DNA from: Parcubacteria group bacterium
Lineage (GTDB): Bacteria > Patescibacteriota > Minisyncoccia > Phycocordibacterales > CSBR16-119
Reading direction: 5' to 3'
Assembly: GCA_943356745.1 (NCBI GenBank)
Contig: CALRFT010000001.1
Coordinates: 75,946 to 139,945 of the forward strand
Length of the DNA: 64,000 nt
Shown here: positions 1 to 9,985 of the stretch, in pieces
How the letters are laid out: each line of letters opens with the position of its first letter
How positions within the stretch are numbered: position 1 is the stretch's first letter
Made by a program: the position numbers and the translations under genes
Notes under the pieces: model-generated
The model's database searches: none
Told to the model about the DNA's origin: nothing
Seen by the model: the letters and a program-made list of their open reading frames with translations, nothing else

Positions 1-1
1 T

Positions 2-469
2 TTCAATTTCAACCAGTATGGAGTCAATTTTAAACGACTGCAGAAAAAAATCTTTGAACTTGCTCGAGAAACCAACCCTAATCTTCTTTCGGGAGTCATT
101 AGTCTCTATGAACAAATTGAATCCATCACCAGAGAGTGGGAAGAGGATGTTCGTGAGTATGTAATGTTTATTGCCTTGGAACGTCTCTGTCTTATTTACA
201 ACAGCAAACTACACAGTCAGAAAATGCGGGAATACCCTCAATTTCTTGAATTAGAGAGAGATGAGGATTTCGAAATTCACACTATTCCATCGACATCATT
301 AGTACAAGACGTGATACACGACATAAATGGAGGACACGAAGGCATTATCTATCGTGTGAAAGATAATGAAATTCAATCATCATTCAGTTTCGCTGAAATG
401 GCAAGTATTACTGCAAAAAAAATCCTGAAACCTCAATCACAAGAAGTATATGCACAAATTGAGGAATAG
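2..469 (+). CDS. hypothetical protein, 5′-partial (frame open from window start, stop TAG at 467-469)
   Basis: Continuous frame from nt 2; followed by a hairpin terminator; no recognisable domain. Confidence 0.45.
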   Translation, partial: FNFNQYGVNFKRLQKKIFELARETNPNLLSGVISLYEQIESITREWEEDVREYVMFIALERLCLIYNSKLHSQKMREYPQFLELERDEDFEIHTIPSTSLVQDVIHDINGGHEGIIYRVKDNEIQSSFSFAEMASITAKKILKPQSQEVYAQIEE

Positions 470-485
470 GTTTTAAGTAGGAAAA

Positions 486-518
486 ATAAAAAGCCGCGAC
501 GAAGTCGCGGCTTTTTTA
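486..518. terminator. bidirectional intrinsic terminator (GCCGCGAC-GAA-GTCGCGGC + T-run) between convergent genes
   Basis: Perfect 8-bp GC stem flanked by A-run/T-run. Confidence 0.7.
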
Positions 519-1853
519 CTACACAATTTCACTTTTTGATTCTTTTGCTTGTGAATAACTTTGAGATAAAATTTTATATGTTTTTGAATTTCTCGCAAAC
601 AGTGTTGCAATAAGCCCAATAATTCCAGCTGTAATAAACACGAGCGCGATTCCTCGACTTGGTCCAGTCTCAAACCAAGAACCAATCAATTCAACTCCTT
701 TTCCATCTGTCATAAAAGGAATGAAAACATACTGAGCGATAGGACCGATAAGAAAAGCTGTCACTGGCGTTGCCATAGATTCAACACTTTGAGCAAAACC
801 AAATACTCTTCCCTGTTTCTCGTATGGAACGATTGTTTGAATCACAGTCTGTTCTGTTGCTTCTATAAAAGGAAACATAGTCATCCAAATAAGCATTCCA
901 AGTCCAAGAAGAATAATCGATGGTTGGATTACAAAAAATATACAAGTTGTCCAAGTAACAATATTAATCCCAAGCATGAGATTAAGTGGTCTTCCACCAA
1001 GTCCTTTCTTTGCAATGTATGTACTCCCGACAATAAATCCAAGACTCAGGATTGAAAGCATAATTCCCCACTTCTCAACAGCGATCAGTGAAAGTCCGTA
1101 AGCATCCATGAGAGCCATAAATACACCTCCAAGAAAATTATTGAAGGTGGTAAATAAAATCAAACCAAACAATCCAGGAACCGAGGAGATGATTTTAATT
1201 GCATTTGTAATACTAAAGTGAGAATGTTCTTCTTTGTGTTCTATATCTTTTTCTGGTTCATCAAAACGAATTAGAATTATTTGAATCAAAGCAATGAAGG
1301 TTGCAATTAATCCCAAGGTAAGTGCAAGACTCATTCCAGAAAGTCCAATTGCAAGACCACTCAAAACAGAAGTGAGCGAAAAACTAATTCCATTCACAGC
1401 ACCAATCATTCCGTTAGCTTTATCCCGCCCTTCCGGAAAAAGATAACTGACGGTTGTAGACATTGCGATTGTTCGAAGATTTCCCGCAACACTTCCGATC
1501 ATAAGAAAAATAACCAAAAACCAAAGCTGTGGCGAAGATACAGTTGTAAATACCTCGCTCGGCGTCGTAAAGAAAACAAAAGCACCTGCGCCGTAAGCAA
1601 TAAGAGAAACAAAACTTGAAAGAACCATTGCTGTTTTTTTCTTATGTTTATCGACAAAGCCACCAAAGAAAAATGCTCCAAGCATATTTGAAACTGCAAA
1701 GGTCCCAGCAATAAGCGAAGTTGTTAATACGGATTTTGTTTGAAGAAAAGCCCAAAAAGTCAAAGCAAACCAAATAAAATCGTTTGTTACTGAGGCAATA
1801 AAAAGGTTTGAAAGGAGTTTATAAAATATTTTTTTGTTTGTATCTGATTGCAT
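519..1853 (-). CDS. MFS transporter (12-TM, drug/macrolide-efflux-like)
   Basis: 444 aa, multiple hydrophobic helices, Gly-rich MFS-like segments (GAFFFGGFVDK). Confidence 0.75.
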   Translation of the reverse strand: MQSDTNKKIFYKLLSNLFIASVTNDFIWFALTFWAFLQTKSVLTTSLIAGTFAVSNMLGAFFFGGFVDKHKKKTAMVLSSFVSLIAYGAGAFVFFTTPSEVFTTVSSPQLWFLVIFLMIGSVAGNLRTIAMSTTVSYLFPEGRDKANGMIGAVNGISFSLTSVLSGLAIGLSGMSLALTLGLIATFIALIQIILIRFDEPEKDIEHKEEHSHFSITNAIKIISSVPGLFGLILFTTFNNFLGGVFMALMDAYGLSLIAVEKWGIMLSILSLGFIVGSTYIAKKGLGGRPLNLMLGINIVTWTTCIFFVIQPSIILLGLGMLIWMTMFPFIEATEQTVIQTIVPYEKQGRVFGFAQSVESMATPVTAFLIGPIAQYVFIPFMTDGKGVELIGSWFETGPSRGIALVFITAGIIGLIATLFARNSKTYKILSQSYSQAKESKSEIV

Positions 1854-1889
1854 ATATAAGAATAAGTATACATAAAAAGCCGGAATAAA

Positions 1890-1920
1890 AAATACCCTAC
1901 TAAAGTAGGGTATTTTTTAT
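1890..1920. terminator. intrinsic terminator (TACCCTAC-TAAA-GTAGGGTA + T6)
   Basis: Stem-loop plus T-run overlapping the cupin gene stop. Confidence 0.65.
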
Positions 1921-2318
1921 TCCGTTGTAAGACCATCAAAGTCTTCTTCGTTTTGCTGCGCCTCTTCTTTTGTAACTCGTTCTATTTTATCTTTATGATG
2001 TGGAGGTGTATATATAGTATACATTTTCAAATCTTCACCCTCACTTGTATTGATAATATTATGTTGAGAACCAGCAGGAATAATAACAACATCACCATCA
2101 GAAACTTTATACTCTGAATCATTTATAATAACTTTTCCGTTTCCAGATTCAAATCTAAAAAATTGGTCATTTTTATGATGAGTTTCAAGTCCGATTTCCT
2201 CCAAAGGCTTCAGTGACATGAGAACTAATTGAAGACTATGGCTTGTATATAAAACTTTTCGAAAATAATTATTTTCTTGTGTGAGATTTTCAATATTTTC
2301 TTTATATCCTTTTTTCAT
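1917..2318 (-). CDS. cupin-domain protein
   Basis: 133 aa; small beta-barrel cupin-like segment (GDVVIIPAGSQHNIINTSEGEDLKMYTIY). Confidence 0.6.
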   Translation of the reverse strand: MKKGYKENIENLTQENNYFRKVLYTSHSLQLVLMSLKPLEEIGLETHHKNDQFFRFESGNGKVIINDSEYKVSDGDVVIIPAGSQHNIINTSEGEDLKMYTIYTPPHHKDKIERVTKEEAQQNEEDFDGLTTE

Positions 2319-2359
2319 AATTTCATTGTATCAGATACAGATAACAATAGACACCTGAA

Positions 2360-4135
2360 CTAATTAATCTCTTCAAATAAATACAAGTATCCCCCATACC
2401 CTTGTGATTCCATTTCCTCCTTTGGAATAAAGAGAAGCGAGGCAGAGTTTGTACAAAAACGTTGTCCTCCCTCCTCCACGGGACCATCATTAAAAACATG
2501 TCCTACGTGACCTCCCTCACTACGTACTTCTGTGCGAGTCGTAGAAAGTGAGTTATCTTCATGAAGTGTTACGGAATTATCATCAATAGTTCTCCAAAAA
2601 CTTGGCCAACCTGTTCCTGAATCATATTTGTGGGTACTTGAAAAAATTGGTTTTTTTGTGACTATATCAACATAAATTCCGTCTGCTTTATTGTCCCAGT
2701 ATTTATTATTAAAAGGTGATTCAGTTCCACCTTCAGCAACAACATGATATGCAAGCGGATCGAGATTTTTAAGCATTTCAGCAATTTCTTCTTCTGTATA
2801 GTCGTAATCTTTTTTAATTTGTTTATCAGTAGTAGTTTGTTCAAGTTCTAAAAATTTAAGAGCAGCGTCCTTTGCCCAATTCTCTTCAACAAACCCACTT
2901 CTCCCAGATGCTTTTTTGTAATTCTCATAATAGTCAGGAGCTTTTTTGTAATAGTCCTGATGATATTCTTCAGCCTCAAAAAAACTTACAAATGGAATAA
3001 TTTGTGTTGCAACAGAGTCCTCGAAAAGGTTACTTTGTTCTAATCTATTCAAAGAATCAAGAGCAACTTCTTTTTGTTCATTGTCATGATAAAAAATTGC
3101 AGTTGTATATTGAAATCCCTTATCAGCAAACTGCCCCTCTGTATCTGTTGGGTCAATATGAGACCAATATATATCCAATATTTCTTCTGTTGAAATAATA
3201 TTTGGATCATATATTACTTGAACAGCTTCACGATGCCTGGTCGTACCTTTTGACACTTTTATATATGAAGCATCTTTTGAATCACCTCCAGAATATCCAG
3301 AAACTGCATCTATGACTCCAGGAACTTCTTGGAAATAAGCTTCTGTACACCAAAAACATCCACCTGCAAGTGTTATCACTTGGTATTCAGAAGACATTGT
3401 TTGAGGAGAAAATTTTTCTATCAAATTATCTTCGAATTTAATACTTGCACCGTAGCCAGAATCAAGAATAAACGACTCTAGTTTTTTGTCATAACCACTT
3501 ACGATTAGAATACCAACAACCATAATGAGAACTCCAAATACTTTTTTGATATCCCCAGCAGTTTGCATATGTGCTGTTATTTTATTAACTAGTTTTTGAC
3601 CAAAATACGCAACAAGCAGAAGTGACAATACTAGACCGAGAGTAAATCCAAGAAGATAAAACATACCCAGACCAAGACTTGCAGGAAGAGCTGTTGCAAT
3701 AATAAAAAGATATGTTGGAGAACATGTAGTAAAAACGGGCCCAAGAGCAAAACCGATAACCATATCACCTTTATAGCTCTTCTTTTGAAAACCGCTACCA
3801 ATAACCTTATTTCCAGCAATATTTATTTTTTGAACAAAAGGAATTCGTGTCCAAAGTGAAGGAAACGCAATAGCAATACCAACGAAAATAATTATTGAAC
3901 CGGAAATAATTGTCCAAAATGTTTGTGGGATTGAAATAAATAAAGTTGTTGCTTTCAAAAGCAAGGTGAACACAATAACCGAAATAGCAAGAGAGGTTAT
4001 TACAACAACTGCACGCTTTGAAACTTTGTTTTCACCAGCCTCTGAAGCACCAATAACAATCGGCAAGAGCGGAAGTATGCAAGGCGCAATCACCGTCAAC
4101 ATTCCAGCAATTATAGATATAAGAAAGAAAATCAT
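2360..4135 (-). CDS. msrAB: membrane-anchored CcdA/DsbD-like – MsrA – MsrB fusion (peptide methionine sulfoxide reductase A/B); alternative upstream start at 4186
   Basis: N-terminal 6-TM CcdA domain with Cys in TM1 (APCILPLLP) and TM4 (FTTCSPTY); MsrA motif GGCFWCTEA; MsrB motifs GTGWPSF and HVGHVFNDGP. Confidence 0.85.
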   Translation of the reverse strand: MIFFLISIIAGMLTVIAPCILPLLPIVIGASEAGENKVSKRAVVVITSLAISVIVFTLLLKATTLFISIPQTFWTIISGSIIIFVGIAIAFPSLWTRIPFVQKINIAGNKVIGSGFQKKSYKGDMVIGFALGPVFTTCSPTYLFIIATALPASLGLGMFYLLGFTLGLVLSLLLVAYFGQKLVNKITAHMQTAGDIKKVFGVLIMVVGILIVSGYDKKLESFILDSGYGASIKFEDNLIEKFSPQTMSSEYQVITLAGGCFWCTEAYFQEVPGVIDAVSGYSGGDSKDASYIKVSKGTTRHREAVQVIYDPNIISTEEILDIYWSHIDPTDTEGQFADKGFQYTTAIFYHDNEQKEVALDSLNRLEQSNLFEDSVATQIIPFVSFFEAEEYHQDYYKKAPDYYENYKKASGRSGFVEENWAKDAALKFLELEQTTTDKQIKKDYDYTEEEIAEMLKNLDPLAYHVVAEGGTESPFNNKYWDNKADGIYVDIVTKKPIFSSTHKYDSGTGWPSFWRTIDDNSVTLHEDNSLSTTRTEVRSEGGHVGHVFNDGPVEEGGQRFCTNSASLLFIPKEEMESQGYGGYLYLFEEIN

Positions 4136-4145
4136 ATATTCAATA

Positions 4146-4661
4146 TTATTGAATCTTTGAAAGAAGATTTTCCAGACTACCTCCACCGCTCCATTTTGTA
4201 ATCATATTACCTTGCGCATCAACTTGAACCAAAGTATGCTGTGTTGTTACTCCATATTTTTTCTTGAGTTCAGTCTCAGCATCATAGTCAACTTGTAAAA
4301 TAGAAACATTTTCTGGTATTTCACTCATGTTCTTTTTAATATCTGCGTCAAGTCCACGACATGAAGGACACCAAGATGCGTGGAAAAATAGGACAACGTC
4401 TCCAGATTCTGCTCGTGCTAGTTTTTCTGGAGCATATGATTCATATGATCCCACCATCATATCTTTTGTCATAGAATCATCCATTTTATTTTCCATATCT
4501 TTATCGTCCATCATTGTATCCATGTCTTTCTCAGACATCATTGATTCTTCTGAAGACATATCTTTCATTGCTGTATCCATATTTTTTTCCCCACCAGCAA
4601 ATACAGCTATTGCAATAATCACCAAAATAATTACTACTCCAATCACAAGTTTTTTATTCAT
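4146..4661 (-). CDS. membrane-anchored extracytoplasmic thioredoxin (WCPSC) with Met-rich linker
   Basis: N-terminal TM helix; ~42-aa stretch with 13 Met; thioredoxin fold CxxC motif WCPSC. Confidence 0.8.
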   Translation of the reverse strand: MNKKLVIGVVIILVIIAIAVFAGGEKNMDTAMKDMSSEESMMSEKDMDTMMDDKDMENKMDDSMTKDMMVGSYESYAPEKLARAESGDVVLFFHASWCPSCRGLDADIKKNMSEIPENVSILQVDYDAETELKKKYGVTTQHTLVQVDAQGNMITKWSGGGSLENLLSKIQ

Positions 4662-4751
4662 ACTAATATTTATTTATATTTAATAATACATACCAAGTAT
4701 AAACAAAAGAAAAATAAATGTAAAGTAAACTTTACATTTATTTTGGGGAAA

Positions 4752-5114
4752 CTATAAATTTTTATCACTCCAAATTCTTGTTATAAACTTTGTCACCACC
4801 ATACCAATCAAAGTAAATACAAGCCAAGGATCAACAGTGTGTGTATAACCTTGAATAATAATACCAAGCACTAAAATTCCAGACCCAACAAGAAAAGCGT
4901 TTCTTCCCGCAAGAGATTTGTGTTGATACTCTCTTTCGTCTAATGATGTTTCTCTCATAACGAAAGTTGCCAAAAGACCAAACAAGGCAAGAGCTGTTGC
5001 AAGCATACAAATCACTACCATATCCGGCATCCAAAAACCAAAAGGATTCAAAAGAAGCACAGCTATGAGAATAAGCGCCAAAGTAACAATAGATTCTTTA
5101 ATATTATTTTTCAT
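4752..5114 (-). CDS. small membrane protein (DUF2178-like, co-operonic with XRE regulator); alt start 5138
   Basis: Three or four hydrophobic helices; immediately downstream of the HTH gene. Confidence 0.5.
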   Translation of the reverse strand: MKNNIKESIVTLALILIAVLLLNPFGFWMPDMVVICMLATALALFGLLATFVMRETSLDEREYQHKSLAGRNAFLVGSGILVLGIIIQGYTHTVDPWLVFTLIGMVVTKFITRIWSDKNL

Positions 5115-5316
5115 ATGATATGTTAAATATTTTTTCAACTGGAACTTTGAAAAAATGTGAGATTTTTAATGCGAGTAAAATTGAAGGTGTATAATTCCCT
5201 TTTTCTAAAGCAATAATTGTTTGCCTACTTACACCCACAAACAAAGCAAGCTCTTCTTGTGTTGAGCCTTTGGCAATTCTGTATGTACTTACTTCATTGT
5301 GAATTTTTTCTTTCAT
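5104..5316 (-). CDS. XRE-family helix-turn-helix transcriptional regulator; alt start 5355
   Basis: HTH_3-like segment [36 protein letters not shown]. Confidence 0.7.
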   Translation of the reverse strand: MKEKIHNEVSTYRIAKGSTQEELALFVGVSRQTIIALEKGNYTPSILLALKISHFFKVPVEKIFNISYEK

Positions 5317-5379
5317 ATAAGTTTGTTTTTGATTATACATATTGAAGTTATACATGTAAATAAATGTCTTTAAAAAGAT

Positions 5380-5409
5380 AAAAATCCTCTTTAAATAAGA
5401 GGATTTTTA
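5380..5409 (-). terminator. intrinsic terminator after surface-protein gene
   Basis: ATCCTCT-TAAATAAG-AGAGGAT hairpin + T-run. Confidence 0.6.
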
Positions 5410-7143
5410 TTACCACCACAAACCTGGTGTTTGAAGTGATTTCATTACACTTCGAGTAATTGGACCAAAATATCCAACAGATGGATTAATATTGTGTTTC
5501 TTTTGATATTCACTAAGCGCACTTTCTGTTTGATTTAAAAACAATCCTGTAGATCCTGCTGGTATTGAATATCCTTGCTGTATCAGAAGATTCTGGAGTT
5601 GTTTTACATCATCTCCTTTCATTCCATATTTTAAATCCCGAATATTTACCACTGGAGTTTTAGAAACATTTTGAACAGACTCATATTCACACAAATCTTG
5701 TTTATGAGCTGAAAATCTTTCATAGTTAACAGCTTTTGGATCTTTACATCCACGATATGTCCCCGAAGAAGAATTATTTGTCTCTTCTGAAATAGTTGTA
5801 AAATTCCAAGTTGTTGTATCTGAAATTCCAGCGAAACTGTTCCCTGCCTCATCATCAAAAGCTGTTGCGTCTATTTGGACATAATATGCGGTTCCTTTTT
5901 CAAGATTTTCTGAAATAGAAACAGTGATTATATTTGTTCCATCACCAGAAATCTGCCCACTTGTTACGTCTATTGATTCTATCAACACATTTTCCTGGGA
6001 AGAATACAGCAGTATGTTTCCGCTTTGAATAACAACATTCTCGCTAAATTCAATAGTGAGATCAGTATTAACACCAACATTAGTCGCGTTATCAGATGGA
6101 GAAAATGTTTCAATAATTGGGTTTGTAAATTCACCAGTTGTAAAATTCCAAGTTGTTGTATCTGAAATTCCAGCAAAACTGTTCCCTGCCTCATCATCAA
6201 AAGCTGTTGCGTCTATCTGAATATAATATTCTGTATTTTCATTTAAATTTTGAGAGGGGTTGATTGTAATCATATCGGTTCCCGTACCTGTCACTTGCCC
6301 ACTTGTTATATCTATTGATTCCACAAGGGAATCATTCAAGGTTGTGTATATATTCACATAACCCGTCTGAACTTCCACAGACTCAGAAAAAGAAATACTT
6401 AAATTTGAAGTTGTGGAAACACCAGTTGCATTGTTAGATGGAGAAAAAGTATCAGCTAGCGGATTAACAACATCAGCATCAAGATTAGTTATAGTAATAT
6501 CATCAATGTAATCAACACCTACAGAAGCTCCGTAGCCGGCTGTGTATTGGACCTTTCCAGATGTGTAAGTTGAGTCAGAAACAGTTGCGAGTGTCGTATA
6601 ATTCGTACCATCATCTGAGTATTCAAAAGTTAAATCAGTTCCTACAGCAGAAGCACGAAACCATCGAGGCTCTGCTTTTGAAAGACTCCCACTCCACAAA
6701 GCTGTATAACTTGAAGGACCAACCTCCCAAATATAGACAGAACCTGAAGAATAGACATGGAACAAATATCCTTGTCTTGCTCCAACTGAATTAATAACCC
6801 CTGTGTCAGTATCCTGAGCACGAAGAGTAAATCCTGAACGTCCTAAATTACTTGAATAAGATTGTTTCCAAACAATCTGCTGATCAGATGAAGTTCCGAA
6901 ATTATCAAAAATAGCTCCAGCGATAACACCAACCTGTGTTACAGCTCTCATTGACTTACCAAGAATATCGTCATTTTGAACATCAAAGGTTCCAGCGGTG
7001 ACAGTAATCCCCGCTGGAGTTGTTCCTATTGTGTCACTTTCGAAATTATAACTAGCATCAGCAAAAACGAAACCCGGCAACAGCAAAGAAAAAACAACAA
7101 ATAACACAAGTGGTTTTAAAAATTTATTGGAAATTTTAATCAT
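5410..7143 (-). CDS. secreted surface protein: N-terminal ~200-aa lectin-like domain (paralogous to next gene), two tandem Ig-like repeats, C-terminal peptidoglycan-binding (PG_binding_1-like) domain
   Basis: Signal peptide; internal ~110-aa direct repeats; C-terminal LKYGMKGDDVKQLQNLL…GYFGPITRS. Confidence 0.8.
   Translation of the reverse strand: MIKISNKFLKPLVLFVVFSLLLPGFVFADASYNFESDTIGTTPAGITVTAGTFDVQNDDILGKSMRAVTQVGVIAGAIFDNFGTSSDQQIVWKQSYSSNLGRSGFTLRAQDTDTGVINSVGARQGYLFHVYSSGSVYIWEVGPSSYTALWSGSLSKAEPRWFRASAVGTDLTFEYSDDGTNYTTLATVSDSTYTSGKVQYTAGYGASVGVDYIDDITITNLDADVVNPLADTFSPSNNATGVSTTSNLSISFSESVEVQTGYVNIYTTLNDSLVESIDITSGQVTGTGTDMITINPSQNLNENTEYYIQIDATAFDDEAGNSFAGISDTTTWNFTTGEFTNPIIETFSPSDNATNVGVNTDLTIEFSENVVIQSGNILLYSSQENVLIESIDVTSGQISGDGTNIITVSISENLEKGTAYYVQIDATAFDDEAGNSFAGISDTTTWNFTTISEETNNSSSGTYRGCKDPKAVNYERFSAHKQDLCEYESVQNVSKTPVVNIRDLKYGMKGDDVKQLQNLLIQQGYSIPAGSTGLFLNQTESALSEYQKKHNINPSVGYFGPITRSVMKSLQTPGLWW
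5805..6474 (-). repeat. tandem direct repeat (2 × ~335 bp) encoding two Ig-like domains inside the 5410..7143 gene
   Basis: Near-identical nucleotide blocks (e.g. gttgtatctgaaattccagc[g/a]aaactgttccctgcctcatcatcaaaagctgttgcgtctat) at ~5810-5890 and ~6150-6230. Confidence 0.8.
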
Positions 7144-7194
7144 AAAATAATTATACTTGGTATTTCAAAAATATTTACATATTCTGTGGAGAAC

Positions 7195-7351
7195 AAAAAA
7201 CCACCCGAAGTTTTGGGTGGTTTTAAAATAGCTTGTATATTTTATTATAAATATTAATATTTAGAAATTTTAAATTAACTTATGATTAATAATCTAAATT
7301 CTGTAAAGTTATATAATTCCTAGTGACCGGACCAAAATACCCATTAGCCGG
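7195..7351. repeat. ~157-bp segment (gene 3′ end + terminator hairpin AAAACCACCCGAAGTTTTGGGTGGTTTT) duplicated at 10216..10372
   Basis: Near-identical in both copies, including the C-terminal …NGYFGPVTRNYITLQNLDY codons. Confidence 0.85.
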
Positions 7352-9985
7352 ATTAATATTATTCATACTTTGGTATTTAGCCAGTGAGGCTTTAGTGAGA
7401 GGACCAAAATAGTCTGTTTCTCTTCCAGGTGAACCAGTTCCAACTTCAGTAAGTAAAGAACCATTTGTATTAAGAAATATCTGTAATGCTTTTACATCTT
7501 CACCTTTACTACCCAATGTCAGATCACGGATAAAAATATTCAAAGGTAATCCCACCGCCGGAGAATCTTGCACAACACCAGCTTCTTTTTGTAATGCTTG
7601 GAGCTGTAATTTAAGTTGATGTAATTGTTTTATAAGGCTTTCATATGACGGCAGAGGTACTTCTTTTTGACTACGAGACCCAGAACTTACAATAGTTGTT
7701 GGATAAATAACTTCTGAAGGTATTTCTTCAGCGACAGAAAATGAAATTATATAGTCTTCAGTATTTGGATTACCTACACTATCAGTACATTTAACATAAT
7801 ACGTATAACTATTACCATTTTCTAAGCTATTTACAACAACACTATGTGAAGTCCCTCCTGTTGTACTGAAAGTAACATCCATTGATGCATATGCCACAGC
7901 TGAAGTCGTATCATATTTACAAGTTGCTGTTTCGTTTGTAGTAAGAGATAGGGTTGTTGAAGTAGTATCAACTGAAAGTTCTGCTGAAGGAGCACCGGAA
8001 GAAAGAATTGGAGGGACGGCAGAAGAAACTATCTCATTAATAAATATTTCTGCCGGTAAATTATAGACACTACTGTCTGTTGGTACAACTAAACCGTTCG
8101 CAGTATCTCCATACCCTAACGAAACAGTAGCATCGCCACTCAGTGGTGAATTAAGTGTAATAGTAATTATATTATCAGATGTTCTCGCAACACTAGATAT
8201 TGCCACAGACACACCATTATCTTCCACCCTAAAACCTTGAATACCACTTGTTGGCAAAAGAGGTAGTGTGTTATCAGAAAACATAATAGCTATCTTATTT
8301 CTGGTGATATTTTCTTCTGAAATTAAATATTGAGGACCTCTTCCATCATCCCCGTTATAGAAATGATATTCTATCGCTGCCCACCAACGATTTGCTGCAA
8401 TTTCTATTTCTTCATTTGTTCTAAAATGAAGACCATCATTAGAGAGATTTACATCATATAAAGATGGACCAGCTAACACATTACTATTATCTTCCCAAGC
8501 ATCAAGTTGGGCTAGACGAATATTATTTAAATCCACAGCTGGTTCACCAGAAAATTCACCTATCTGTGCAACTACTGTTTTTAAACCAAAGTCATTATAT
8601 ATATTATTAACCATTGTATCTAAACTACTATTATAAGTAGTTCTTGAGGTTGCATTAGCAACATCAGTTTCGCCTTGCCAAAAAAGAACAGCTTTCATTT
8701 CCCCTATAGCATTTATACGACTTGCTAATGTTGTGTATAAACTTTGTCCTTTTTGCCACTGCGCAATACTTGTACCTCCCTGCGGTGGATCAGTAATGAA
8801 TGCAACAGGAACATCCTGACTTTCCATCAATCGAGTTGCGACAATTGGCCACACAGTTCCACCCACACCATCAGCTGGATCTGTAAGTTCAGCCCATGAA
8901 CCTGTAAACTTAGAGGCTTTCAGTGTAGGGTGAGAATAAACTTGATTACTAAGTCCTCTACCACTTGCATTACTTTGCCCAGCAATGGCATATATATCTC
9001 CCACACCGACATAAGCAGCAGAATCATTAACATCAGAATTATTACTAAACCTGACTTCTATACTTCCTTGACCAATATCTTGATTTTCTAAAACACCAGA
9101 GAATGTACCTCCACTTAAAGAAGCATCGATTGTGGTCCATGTACCGCCATTAAACCTAGCCTCTATTGCAACTGGTGAGCCAGTATATGTTCCACTTATA
9201 GAGATATCTGATTGATTATTATTATCTCTTTGAAAAACTTGATAATCAGAAGGACTTGTTATTGCTATAGCATCTGGTACAAAAGCCTGTGTTTCATAAA
9301 CAATATCATCTACATACATATCTCCCACACCTGAGCCATACCCAGCACTATATTGAACAAGACCTGAAGTGTAAGTACTATCAGTAACAGTGGTACCTAA
9401 TTGAGTATAATTAGTTCCATTATCAGAATAATAAAAACTAAGCTGGTTACCAGACACAGTTGCCTTAAACCACCGTGGGCTTTGAGCTGTTAGTGAAACT
9501 TCAGCAAGAATATCAAATGTGGTAGAGGTAACTTTATATACTCTTACCTTATTAGCACTCGCACTCGCGTCAGTATGATTAACCTGAAAAAGATAACCTT
9601 GTTTAAGTCCAGCGATTGCAGAATTACCCGATTGGGCACGCAAGGTAAAACCATGTCTACCACCCCCACTTTGATAAGCTTCTTTCCATGTCACCGTCTG
9701 ATCTGTATCCGAGGTAAAATTATTAAAAGTAATAGCAGCTGTATTTGCAGGTCCTGTGAGTCCAGTCGCTGTTAGTGAGTTACCTAACACAGCCTGATTG
9801 GCAACCTGAAATGTTCCAGTATTAGCTGTTGTATTAGCGGGAGTTTGACCAACAGTATCACTATTAAAGTTATAAGTTACTGTTGCGGCATATAAATTAA
9901 TAGTATTAAGTAAAAAAGTTATCAAAAAAAATACTAAACAAAGTAATATTTTTTTAGTTATTTTCAAAAATAAGTTATTGTACAT
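7286..9985 (-). CDS. surface-anchored carbohydrate esterase: lectin-like N-domain + SGNH/sialate-O-acetylesterase (DUF303/SASA)-family domain + Ig-like region + C-terminal peptidoglycan-binding domain
   Basis: Signal peptide; motifs AGQSNASGRG, FWQGETD, DGLHF typical of SASA/SGNH esterases; C-terminal PG_binding_1-like domain. Confidence 0.8.
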   Translation of the reverse strand: MYNNLFLKITKKILLCLVFFLITFLLNTINLYAATVTYNFNSDTVGQTPANTTANTGTFQVANQAVLGNSLTATGLTGPANTAAITFNNFTSDTDQTVTWKEAYQSGGGRHGFTLRAQSGNSAIAGLKQGYLFQVNHTDASASANKVRVYKVTSTTFDILAEVSLTAQSPRWFKATVSGNQLSFYYSDNGTNYTQLGTTVTDSTYTSGLVQYSAGYGSGVGDMYVDDIVYETQAFVPDAIAITSPSDYQVFQRDNNNQSDISISGTYTGSPVAIEARFNGGTWTTIDASLSGGTFSGVLENQDIGQGSIEVRFSNNSDVNDSAAYVGVGDIYAIAGQSNASGRGLSNQVYSHPTLKASKFTGSWAELTDPADGVGGTVWPIVATRLMESQDVPVAFITDPPQGGTSIAQWQKGQSLYTTLASRINAIGEMKAVLFWQGETDVANATSRTTYNSSLDTMVNNIYNDFGLKTVVAQIGEFSGEPAVDLNNIRLAQLDAWEDNSNVLAGPSLYDVNLSNDGLHFRTNEEIEIAANRWWAAIEYHFYNGDDGRGPQYLISEENITRNKIAIMFSDNTLPLLPTSGIQGFRVEDNGVSVAISSVARTSDNIITITLNSPLSGDATVSLGYGDTANGLVVPTDSSVYNLPAEIFINEIVSSAVPPILSSGAPSAELSVDTTSTTLSLTTNETATCKYDTTSAVAYASMDVTFSTTGGTSHSVVVNSLENGNSYTYYVKCTDSVGNPNTEDYIISFSVAEEIPSEVIYPTTIVSSGSRSQKEVPLPSYESLIKQLHQLKLQLQALQKEAGVVQDSPAVGLPLNIFIRDLTLGSKGEDVKALQIFLNTNGSLLTEVGTGSPGRETDYFGPLTKASLAKYQSMNNINPANGYFGPVTRNYITLQNLDY

